Below, piece after piece: positions 1-7,280 of a DNA stretch of 10,963 nucleotides. Source of the DNA: an uncultured bacterium (lineage in GTDB: Bacteria > SAR324 > NAC60-12); NCBI GenBank assembly GCA_964010765.1, contig CAXGMD010000091.1, positions 1 to 10,963 on the forward strand, read 5' to 3'. A program made the position numbers and the translations under genes. The notes beneath the pieces were generated by a model. The model ran no database searches. It was not told where the DNA came from and worked only from the letters and a program-made list of their open reading frames with translations. Position 1 is the stretch's first letter. Every line of letters begins with the position of its first letter.

Positions 1-48
1 GTACAAGATTGAAAGTATGCTGTCAACTTCAGCACATAAATTGATATA

Positions 49-209
49 TTCTGACAACTATTTTTATGCTACATCAATGTGATAATTAAAAATTATTTCT
101 TGAGATTAATTATTCATACGGATGAGTGATTCGCTTTGGCAAGAGTAGTTTTTCTCTAGGAAAAACTCTTATTTTACAAAAAAGTGCGATTTCTTGTAAG
201 TTGTCAGAA
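49..209. repeat. 11-bp perfect inverted repeat enclosing an AT-rich segment
   Basis: TTCTGACAACT (49-59) is the reverse complement of AGTTGTCAGAA (199-209). Confidence 0.6.
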
Positions 210-238
210 AAAGCCGAAGAAAAACCCTCGGCTTTTTT
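208..238 (-). terminator. Rho-independent terminator downstream of the GST gene (possibly bidirectional)
   Basis: AAAAAGCCGA (208-217) and TCGGCTTTTT (228-237) are a perfect inverted repeat. On the - strand the RNA reads GCCGAGGG-UUUU-UCUUCGGC-UUUUU, just after the stop codon at 245. Confidence 0.85.
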
Positions 239-244
239 AATAAA

Positions 245-928
245 TTAATTCATCTCTCGGCATGGAATCGATCGAGCCATACCATCAAAAAGATCCAGCA
301 TTCGCTCTCGCCAGGCAAAGACTGAATCCTCCTCTGCCAATAATGGCATTGGGCTAGTACAGCGAGCCCACATCAAACCACTGAATACAAGATAGTCTGC
401 AAGATTTGGCTGGGATCCTCCCAAAAAGTCAAAGGCTTTCAGAGTGGCTCGGAGAGGATTCAATGACTTACGAAACTCCTTGAGCTTGGCCTCCTTGTTG
501 GCAGCAAATTCCTCCAGTGGCATCCCAAAAGTCTTTTCTCGTGTCGCTCGAAAATAGTCGCGATCTTTCTCATGAACCGTCTTGTGGATCTCATCGACGA
601 TCATCCGAATCATCCCCGGAAACATAACCATCTCGGTCCAATGCCGCAAAAATCTCAGTTCCCCACGATGCATTTCCAGACTGTGCTCAGGATATCGTTT
701 ATCGAGGTATTCGAGAATCTTCCAAGAATCTGCCAATGTTTGCTCTCCATCAACAAGTACAGGCACCCGCTCCGTATCAGCAAAAGCAATTCGGTCCTTC
801 TCGGTCATGCGCCAAGGAATGCTCTTAAAGGGCAATTGCTTGTGATGTAGAGCCAAGCGGATTCGCCAGCAGTAGGGACTGAAGACCTGTTTGTCATCTG
901 TAGCGGCCAATTCATACAATTCAATCAT
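245..928 (-). CDS. Glutathione S-transferase family protein, LigE/beta-etherase-like subfamily
   Basis: N-terminal LYELA...FSPYCWRIRLALHHK, cis-Pro motif RVPVL-x-DG...DSWKILEYL, and C-terminal FLGGSQPNLADY. SD-like AAGGA upstream of the ATG. Confidence 0.88.
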   Translation of the reverse strand: MIELYELAATDDKQVFSPYCWRIRLALHHKQLPFKSIPWRMTEKDRIAFADTERVPVLVDGEQTLADSWKILEYLDKRYPEHSLEMHRGELRFLRHWTEMVMFPGMIRMIVDEIHKTVHEKDRDYFRATREKTFGMPLEEFAANKEAKLKEFRKSLNPLRATLKAFDFLGGSQPNLADYLVFSGLMWARCTSPMPLLAEEDSVFAWRERMLDLFDGMARSIPCREMN

Positions 929-1043
929 CGTGGCTTCCTTTGTTTGGGTTATTCTGGTGGGGTGATGGATGCGAACTGAATCGCTGCAGTTTCTTCAGAC
1001 CGCTGGACATTCACAAGCGGGAGTTCACTTTCATTGCAACTGC

Positions 1044-1072
1044 TTGACTCTTCCATCGGTGCTGCCTAGTTT
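1044..1072 (+). promoter_or_regulatory. Putative sigma70 promoter for the cbiM-like operon
   Basis: TTGACT (1044-1049), 17-nt spacer, TAGTTT (1067-1072), about 70 nt upstream of the ATG at 1143. Confidence 0.45.
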
Positions 1073-1088
1073 TGGCGCTTGCTTTGCT
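1073..1088 (+). promoter_or_regulatory. Putative sigma54 (-24/-12) promoter
   Basis: TGGCGC-N5-TTGCT with exact GG-N10-GC spacing (GG 1074-1075, GC 1086-1087). Confidence 0.4.
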
Positions 1089-1142
1089 ACCCTAGACCAA
1101 ATCATTAGTATCTCTACCTCCACTCTCAGCCAAGGAGTTTCC

Positions 1143-1820
1143 ATGCATATCGAACCTGGAGTTGTTCAAGGCGCCAAACTACTGCTTGGCTTTGGTACTG
1201 CCCTCACCGCCTTTGGTCTGATACTGCGTCAGTGTTGGGAATTTCTGATACAGCATGGACTGAACACTCTGATAGGCAGGACAATCTTTACCAGTGTCTT
1301 GGTGTTCTCTTTCTTTGAGATTCTACCATCGTCACCCGTTGGAGTTTCAGAAGTCCACTTGATTCTTGGTTCCACTCTCTTTCTCCTGTTTGGTCTGGTT
1401 CCGACAGCTCTTGGTCTAGCCATTGGTCTCCTGGCCCAAGGAGTACTGCTAGCACCGTGGGATCTGCCTCAGTATGGAATGAACGTTACGACATTGCTGC
1501 TGCCTCTCCTTGTGGTTTCTGCTGTCGCAGAGCGGATCATCCCCAGGCAGACCGCCTACCAGGATTTGAGTTACGGACAGGTTCTACAGCTGTCGCTCGT
1601 CTACCAGGGGGGAATTGTCAGTTGGGTCGCATTCTGGGCTTTCTACGGGCAGGGATTTGGAGCAGAGAACATGCTTCAGGTGCTCAGCTTCGGCAGTACC
1701 TATCTTAGTGTGATTGTCCTCGAACCGCTGATTGATCTGAGCCTGTTGGCAGGAGTCAAAATTTTGCCAGGTCTCCAAAACTCTTCGCTGTTCTCGAAGC
1801 GTCTCTTCCAACCAGCCTGA
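1143..1820 (+). CDS. cbiM: CbiM-family cobalt/nickel ECF S-component permease (225 aa), solitary type
   Basis: Starts MHIEPG (the metal-binding N-terminal MHI motif of CbiM/NikM) with AAGGAG at 1132-1137. Contains GVSEVHLILG, LAQG...YGMN and several hydrophobic helices. The ORF-track start at 969 is over-extended. Confidence 0.82.
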   Translation: MHIEPGVVQGAKLLLGFGTALTAFGLILRQCWEFLIQHGLNTLIGRTIFTSVLVFSFFEILPSSPVGVSEVHLILGSTLFLLFGLVPTALGLAIGLLAQGVLLAPWDLPQYGMNVTTLLLPLLVVSAVAERIIPRQTAYQDLSYGQVLQLSLVYQGGIVSWVAFWAFYGQGFGAENMLQVLSFGSTYLSVIVLEPLIDLSLLAGVKILPGLQNSSLFSKRLFQPA

Positions 1821-1834
1821 ATTTTCACCTGACA

Positions 1835-2713
1835 ATGTTGAGAATTTTCACGCTCCTGATCTGTGCTGGAATCCTGTTGTCACAGGGTTGCTCCTCCTCC
1901 AAGGTGAAGCAGCCGCCTACTGTAGAATCAAAAATTCCAGCGCAAGCGCCGAAGTCGCTTGAAACTACGAAAGAACAAGCAGCCACTGATATCCAGAAAG
2001 ATTCCCAGGCTATGAGTCCTGAGCTTGATCTCAAATATACTGAGCCAGCAGAACTCATAGAAACACAAAATTTATCTGACCAAGGAAATCGATTAATTGA
2101 ACAAACAGAAAACACCAACCAAGTCGTACAAAAGGCTGAGAATTCGCTACCAAAAGCAGGGCAGGAATTGAAAAAAGCTGAGACGGAACTAGACTTCGAA
2201 GCCAAATTTCCAGAAATGGAGGTTGGGCCAAACACTGAAATAGCCAGCCCAGATCGGCAACCCAAAGAACTGCAACAGACGACCGCTTCTGTCATTCAGA
2301 TAGAAGATCCTTGGGTCCGTGCCGTACCTCCCAATGCCAATAACTCTGCGATCTTCCTGGATCTCCGCAACGAAAGTGGGCAACTGCGCAAATTGGTGGA
2401 GGTTCACTCAGAGGTAGCAGAGCGGGTCGAGTTGCACACAACCAAGGATGAAGATGGGATGCTTCGAAAGCAACGCCTGGAGGAAGTGCCGATACCTGCC
2501 CTAGAGACCCAGAGTTTTCATCCGGGAGGTATTCATATCATGCTGATTGGGCTACGTAGTCCGCTGGAAGTGGGTGGTGTGATTGAGTTGGAGTTGGTCT
2601 ATGCCGATCAATCCAAAGAGACAATCTCTATACCTGTGGATGAGCGCCCACTGCTACCCATCACCGCCCAAAACAACCATTCTCCGGATTCACTGACAAC
2701 TCGAACGCAATAA
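1835..2713 (+). CDS. Putative lipoprotein with C-terminal PCu(A)C copper-chaperone domain and long low-complexity N-terminal spacer
   Basis: Signal peptide ending LLSQG-C19. Roughly 130 aa rich in Q/E/K/T/P/S. Then IEDPWVRAVPP..NSAIFLDL..VELH...HPGGIHIMLIGL..PLEVG, typical of PCuAC. Confidence 0.85.
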   Translation: MLRIFTLLICAGILLSQGCSSSKVKQPPTVESKIPAQAPKSLETTKEQAATDIQKDSQAMSPELDLKYTEPAELIETQNLSDQGNRLIEQTENTNQVVQKAENSLPKAGQELKKAETELDFEAKFPEMEVGPNTEIASPDRQPKELQQTTASVIQIEDPWVRAVPPNANNSAIFLDLRNESGQLRKLVEVHSEVAERVELHTTKDEDGMLRKQRLEEVPIPALETQSFHPGGIHIMLIGLRSPLEVGGVIELELVYADQSKETISIPVDERPLLPITAQNNHSPDSLTTRTQ

Positions 2714-2726
2714 GAGTCAACCAAAC

Positions 2727-3077
2727 ATGTCCGCACTGACCGACCAACGCCCCTGGGGCCACTATACCGTTTTGGCCGACGAAGCAGACCACAAGGTCAA
2801 ACGCATTATTGTTCAGCCCGGTAAGCGTCTGAGCCTACAGCGGCATCAGCAACGTGCAGAGCACTGGTATGTCGTCAAGGGAGAGGCCCTTGTGACGCTA
2901 GATGAGTCTGAAAAAATCCTCAGCGCTGGCAATGCCGTGGATATTCCAATCCGTACAAAGCATCGGATCGAAAACACCGGATCTGAGGAGTTGGTTTTTA
3001 TTGAAGTCCAAACCGGCAGCTACTTTGGAGAAGATGACATTGAACGCTTCGATGACGACTTCGGCAGAACTAGCTGA
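2727..3077 (+). CDS. Stand-alone phosphomannose isomerase type II C-terminal cupin domain protein
   Basis: RPWG, VKRI.V.PG.RLSLQ.H..RAEHW.VV.G.A, HRIEN and FIEVQTGSYFGEDDIERF.D.FGR match the ManC/CpsB cupin. There is no GDP-mannose pyrophosphorylase domain. Confidence 0.92.
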   Translation: MSALTDQRPWGHYTVLADEADHKVKRIIVQPGKRLSLQRHQQRAEHWYVVKGEALVTLDESEKILSAGNAVDIPIRTKHRIENTGSEELVFIEVQTGSYFGEDDIERFDDDFGRTS

Positions 3078-3113
3078 CCCTTCCCCTCATCTCTGCTCAG
3101 TAACCGAAAAGAC

Positions 3114-3884
3114 TCAACTGACGGATGTCCATTTAGTAGACTGAGCAACCGCTCCTCGGCGCAGGATTGCATAGTCCGTGTCCACCGCCGGGAACAGACA
3201 ACCCGCTTCGATGATCTCTTGTAGAAATTCCTGATCCAACGTTAGAAACCCTGCCGGTTTGCCCACCGCCCGAATCCGCTTCATTCCCTCCAAGCATGCT
3301 TTTTTGACCTTGGGATGGCTTGGTTCTCCTGGAAAGCCCATACTGGCTGCCAGATCTGCTGGACCGATAAAGACCGCATCCACTCCGGGTACCTGAGCGA
3401 TGGCTTCTAGCTGCTCCAAGGCTTCCTGGGTCTCAATCTGCACCATCAGACATATTTCTTCACGGGCTCGCTTCGCATAGTCTGGAATTGTTCCGTATCG
3501 ACTCGCCCGAGTGATGCCGGCAAAGCCACGAATGCCTTCGGGAGCATAAGCCATAGAAGCCGCTGCCAGTTGAGCTTCCTCAACATTCTGGACATAAGGG
3601 ATTAACAGCGACTGGACTCCACAATCCAGAAAACGCTTAATCTCTGCTGGATCCAGTGAGCTGGGCCGAACGATCGGATGAACAGGATAAGGCGCCACCG
3701 CCTGCAAAAGGGGAAGGACTTCCAGAGGACTCATCGGCGTGTGTTCTGTATCAAACAAGAGCCAGTCAAATCCACAGCCCGCTAACATTTCTGCGATATT
3801 GGAATCATTGATGGAGCACCAAAGGCCGATTTGTCGTTGTCCATTGAGAATGTTGGCTTTGAACGGATTAGAGGGGAGTTGCAT
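3114..3884 (-). CDS. hpaI: HpcH/HpaI class II pyruvate aldolase (HpaI/GarL-like)
   Basis: NPFK...QIGLW, GFDWLLFDTEH, PIVRP, VQIET..A, GVDAVFIGPADLAASMG. The exact substrate is not determinable. Confidence 0.88.
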   Translation of the reverse strand: MQLPSNPFKANILNGQRQIGLWCSINDSNIAEMLAGCGFDWLLFDTEHTPMSPLEVLPLLQAVAPYPVHPIVRPSSLDPAEIKRFLDCGVQSLLIPYVQNVEEAQLAAASMAYAPEGIRGFAGITRASRYGTIPDYAKRAREEICLMVQIETQEALEQLEAIAQVPGVDAVFIGPADLAASMGFPGEPSHPKVKKACLEGMKRIRAVGKPAGFLTLDQEFLQEIIEAGCLFPAVDTDYAILRRGAVAQSTKWTSVS

Positions 3885-3893
3885 GGGGACCTT

Positions 3894-4739
3894 TCACTGG
3901 TAACGAATGCGAGAGAGAGAACGTAAATTTTCAGCGCTTGTCGTCGGCAGTCTCAAAAACTCCAAGTAGGCAGGGATCTGTTCAAACAACATATCCGTAC
4001 CAATCTGGGTCAAACACCCTTTTGCTTGAGCAGCCCTAAGTAACGGGGTTTCTTCTTGTTTCATCACGACTTCACCAACCATGGTGTCTTTAGATATCCT
4101 CTCCACATCTACTGGGAGTGGATCACCCGGCTCCATGCCCATTGGGGTGGCGTTGACTACAATTTCGAACCCAGCTGGATCGTTACTGCCAACCTGGATG
4201 GATAGTTTTGGGAAAAATTGTTGAAGTCGATCAGCTAATTTTTCTGTTGCCTCTGAGCGTGTATCGTAGAGCGCCAAGCGTCCCACCTCTGCTTCTGCCA
4301 TGGCAACTGCGATCGCTGAACCAACACCACCAGAGCCAACAATCATTGCAGAAGCTCCCTTGGCCGGGCGACCTTTGCGTGCCAAGCCCCGAACAAAACC
4401 TTGCCCGTCAAACATGTCTCCAACCAATCGTCCATCTGCTTCTTTCCGGACTGCGTTACAGGCTCCGCAGACCTGAACCGAAGTACTCACTTCATCCAAC
4501 ATATCTACGGTACTTACCTTGTGAGGCATCGTGATCAGCGCACCAGTGATATTCTGCAATTGGAACAAGGATTTGAAAAACCCCGGATAGTCTTCACCTT
4601 TGCACCCCATTGGCACAACCAAGGCGTCAACCCCTTCTTGTTCAAAATAAGGGTTAAAGATCATCGGAGCCTTAAAGCTCCCTGTGGGCCAGCCAATGTG
4701 CGCAATCAACTTGGTATATCCAGAAATCACCTGGGTCAT
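3894..4739 (-). CDS. aroE: Shikimate/quinate dehydrogenase family protein (AroE superfamily, atypical subclass)
   Basis: ITMPHK with the catalytic Lys, GACNAV, GDMFDGQGF, GSGGVG nucleotide-binding loop, VNATPMGM and G..ML..Q. The symbol denotes the family only. Confidence 0.88.
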   Translation of the reverse strand: MTQVISGYTKLIAHIGWPTGSFKAPMIFNPYFEQEGVDALVVPMGCKGEDYPGFFKSLFQLQNITGALITMPHKVSTVDMLDEVSTSVQVCGACNAVRKEADGRLVGDMFDGQGFVRGLARKGRPAKGASAMIVGSGGVGSAIAVAMAEAEVGRLALYDTRSEATEKLADRLQQFFPKLSIQVGSNDPAGFEIVVNATPMGMEPGDPLPVDVERISKDTMVGEVVMKQEETPLLRAAQAKGCLTQIGTDMLFEQIPAYLEFLRLPTTSAENLRSLSRIRYQ

Positions 4740-4798
4740 CAGTCATTTCTCATGCTTAATTTTTATATTCTCGTGTGGCCAAAAACACCTTCAAATAA

Positions 4799-6652
4799 TT
4801 ACATCTGCTCCAATTCACGGGCCTGCATCGTCAATCTGATCTGAGCATTTGGTGCTCCATACCCCCGATAACCTGCTCGCTGAACAAATTCAAAGCAGAA
4901 GCGTTTCTCAAACAAGCGGGTATAGAGTTGATAGAAGTGTCCATGTTCGTCTTCATCATAAAGAATGTGGTAAGTCCGTAACTCTGCAATCAGTTCTGCA
5001 GACAAACCGAAACGTGGGGCCAGATCATCGTAATAATGCCCGGTAACTTTCATGACCTCTGTTCCCTGTTGCTCCAGATATTTTGCCAAGGCAAAGATGT
5101 CGCTGGTTTCCAGCGCAATATGATTTACCCCAGATCCTCGATAACGCGATTGAATCTGACCAACCACGGTCTTCTCTGCCAAGGTACTGTTCAGTGTCAT
5201 TGCCAGCGAACGATCTTCCACTTCCATCACCTGGCTTTTGACCAAACCCAAGGGATCAGGGAGACTCACCGAAGGAGAAGCCTGCATCTGGAAGAGAGCC
5301 CGATAGAGCAATGTCGCTTCCAAAACTTGGTCTAAAGGCAGAGTTGTCGCCACATGATCGACCCTGGATATATATGAGTTTGGATCGACCGAATGATAAA
5401 TAAACTCCCTCTCCCAATGGGGAGAGGGATCGTTGGAATCCACCAGATAGAGCAAGGCTCCTGTGGGTCCAGTAATCGCTGCGATCCCGTGATTATCATG
5501 CTCTGGATCCGCATATTCAACTTGATAGCCCAACTTGGTAGCTCGCTCCAGCAATCCAGGGACATCTGGACAGCTTAGCCCATAGGCACAGACAGACAGT
5601 CCATGTTCTGTGTGATATCTCTGCGCAAAACTCTGAGACTCGCGATTGATGACCAAGCGAATGCCGCCCTGTTGCCAAAGCTCCACTTGCTTGACCTTGT
5701 GGGTGGCAACGTGAGTAAATCCTGTCTTTTGAAGAAAACTAGCGAGCTGTTGGTGTTCCGATTCATCGACAGCAAATTCGATAAAGTCCATACCTGTCGG
5801 CTGTTCAACCTTTGGCAAGCTCCGACTTTTCACCTTGGACGATGGTTCGGTCTCCTGGGCCATGTAGACGAGAGAGCGGTAAGCATCACGCGCATGACGG
5901 AAAGGATCACTGGCCCGGAATTGATCGTTGAAGATCTCCAACGAAAAAGGCCCGTCAAAGCCTGTCGCGCATAAGCGTTCCATGAAGGCCTGTAAGTCTA
6001 GCTCTCCCTGGCCTGGGAAGCAGCGGTGGTGACGACTCCAGGAGAGCGGATCCATGGTCAGTTGAGGAGCATCCGCCACCTGAACCAGGAAAATTCGATC
6101 TCCAGGGATGTTGACAATGCTATCCAGCTCCGTCTGGCGAGAAAAGATGTGAAAGGTATCCAGCGTGAGTCCCAGGGCAGGATGATTGGCTCGACGGACA
6201 ATTTCCCAAGAGTCCCGATAGTCATTGACGTGCCGACCCCAACTCAGCGCCTCATACGCGACTCGCAAGCCCTGCTTGGCTGCTAATTCAGTGAGTTCAA
6301 AAAGATCTTCTGCAGCTCGCTGGATGCCTCCTATCGCTTTGGGAGAGACATTGCTGCAAATCATCAGCAAGTCAGTACCAATTTCTCGCATCAACTCAAA
6401 CTTCTGCGCTGCTCGGGCAAATCCACGGCTTCGCAGCGGTTCTGGCATTCCCTCAAAATCTCGAAATGGCTGATAGACTAATACTTTCAGTCTATAATCA
6501 GCTAGTAATTGCCGTAACTCTCCCAGGCTCCCATCATGCGTGATCAGATCGTTCTCAAAAATTTCAATCCCTTGAAAACCAGCCTTTGCAATGGCCTCAA
6601 TCTTTTGTCGGAGTGTTCCTGATAGGCAAACGGTCGCAATGGAATACTGCAT
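4799..6652 (-). CDS. quiC: 3-dehydroshikimate dehydratase, QuiC1-type (sugar phosphate isomerase/epimerase TIM barrel fused to an HPPD-like domain)
   Basis: SIATVCLSGTL..K..AIA.AGF.G.EIFENDL, QPFRDFEG, YEALSWG, LDTFH, VQVADAP, WSRH.RCFPGQG and SLEIFND.FR. C-terminal DHV, HIAL and FEFVQR..Y.GYGAPNA.IRL. Confidence 0.93.
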   Translation of the reverse strand: MQYSIATVCLSGTLRQKIEAIAKAGFQGIEIFENDLITHDGSLGELRQLLADYRLKVLVYQPFRDFEGMPEPLRSRGFARAAQKFELMREIGTDLLMICSNVSPKAIGGIQRAAEDLFELTELAAKQGLRVAYEALSWGRHVNDYRDSWEIVRRANHPALGLTLDTFHIFSRQTELDSIVNIPGDRIFLVQVADAPQLTMDPLSWSRHHRCFPGQGELDLQAFMERLCATGFDGPFSLEIFNDQFRASDPFRHARDAYRSLVYMAQETEPSSKVKSRSLPKVEQPTGMDFIEFAVDESEHQQLASFLQKTGFTHVATHKVKQVELWQQGGIRLVINRESQSFAQRYHTEHGLSVCAYGLSCPDVPGLLERATKLGYQVEYADPEHDNHGIAAITGPTGALLYLVDSNDPSPHWEREFIYHSVDPNSYISRVDHVATTLPLDQVLEATLLYRALFQMQASPSVSLPDPLGLVKSQVMEVEDRSLAMTLNSTLAEKTVVGQIQSRYRGSGVNHIALETSDIFALAKYLEQQGTEVMKVTGHYYDDLAPRFGLSAELIAELRTYHILYDEDEHGHFYQLYTRLFEKRFCFEFVQRAGYRGYGAPNAQIRLTMQARELEQM

Positions 6653-6812
6653 CGGGGGGTCCTAGCTCGATGGTTTGAGGATCAAGTGTTCCTCTAAGTA
6701 ACTGATTGTGACCTCAGATGCCAGTGGGAAGGTTGCAAAGACCCCAATTTTTAGAAGGCCTTTGCTTCTGGTCAGAAATCAGGTGGGATCAGGGGTGACG
6801 TCATTGGACATT

Positions 6813-7280
6813 TCAGCAGCTAATCTGAACTCGAAGTTCACGCAGAATTTCACCCAATGATTTGCCGTTGACATAGGTATAAGTGATCAGGGAACGCCTA
6901 AATTTTTCACCAACCAACTTGATGTTTTTGTCCTGCATCAGCTCAACAGTTTTTTCCCAAAGCTGGGACTGCCACTTCTTATCTTTGAAGCAATTGGGAT
7001 CCAGCCGCAATAAGGATTTTGCCTCAAACTCCCTCAGCTGAACTATCAGTTTCGGCAAATAAAACCCAAAACGCTGTGCTTCCTTATTCGCAACTCCTGC
7101 AGCATAACCCATCTCACAGAGCCCCTGCTTGAAGCACTTCGAGACCACCATGTCTTCAAGGATGATCGTATTCGCTTGACCAGTTTGTGGAATCCATAGA
7201 GCAGTAAGGAGAGGGAGCAACAGAATTAGCCCGCCGCCTAGACGATGAGAAGTCATTTTATCTTGATTTAGAATGATCAT
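6813..7280 (-). CDS. Secreted hypothetical protein, possible degenerate thermonuclease (SNase)-like fold
   Basis: 155-aa ORF with GAGGA upstream of the ATG (alternative start Met9). Hydrophobic signal ending GQA. Four Cys. The C-terminal YTYVNGKSLGEIL resembles SNase family sequences. Confidence 0.7.
   Translation of the reverse strand: MIILNQDKMTSHRLGGGLILLLPLLTALWIPQTGQANTIILEDMVVSKCFKQGLCEMGYAAGVANKEAQRFGFYLPKLIVQLREFEAKSLLRLDPNCFKDKKWQSQLWEKTVELMQDKNIKLVGEKFRRSLITYTYVNGKSLGEILRELRVQISC

Noticed and set aside
969..1142. N-terminal 58-aa extension of cbiM in the ORF track
   Set aside because: CbiM needs a free MHI N-terminus. AAGGAG precedes ATG 1143, and the extension overlaps promoter-like elements and does not look like a signal peptide.
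1825..2295. 156-aa antisense ORF, and the other short overlapping ORFs in the track (e.g. 572..850, 4401..4844, 5603..5974, 7386..7679)
   Set aside because: They are shadows of well-supported genes with no recognisable motifs. The Pro-rich 7386..7679 simply mirrors the Glu-rich MCP tail.
3078..3150. Terminator between the convergent cupin and aldolase genes
   Set aside because: Only a short inverted repeat (TGCTCAGT/ACTGAGCA) with a long loop and no U-tract.
4799..5810. Calling the C-terminal half a separate or true 4-hydroxyphenylpyruvate dioxygenase
   Set aside because: The TIM-barrel plus HPPD-like fusion is the known QuiC1 architecture, so it is not novel.
6720..6732. GCCAGTGGGAAGG resembling part of a cobalamin riboswitch
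   Set aside because: It is on the strand opposite the flanking genes, far from cbiM, and other core riboswitch motifs are not visible.
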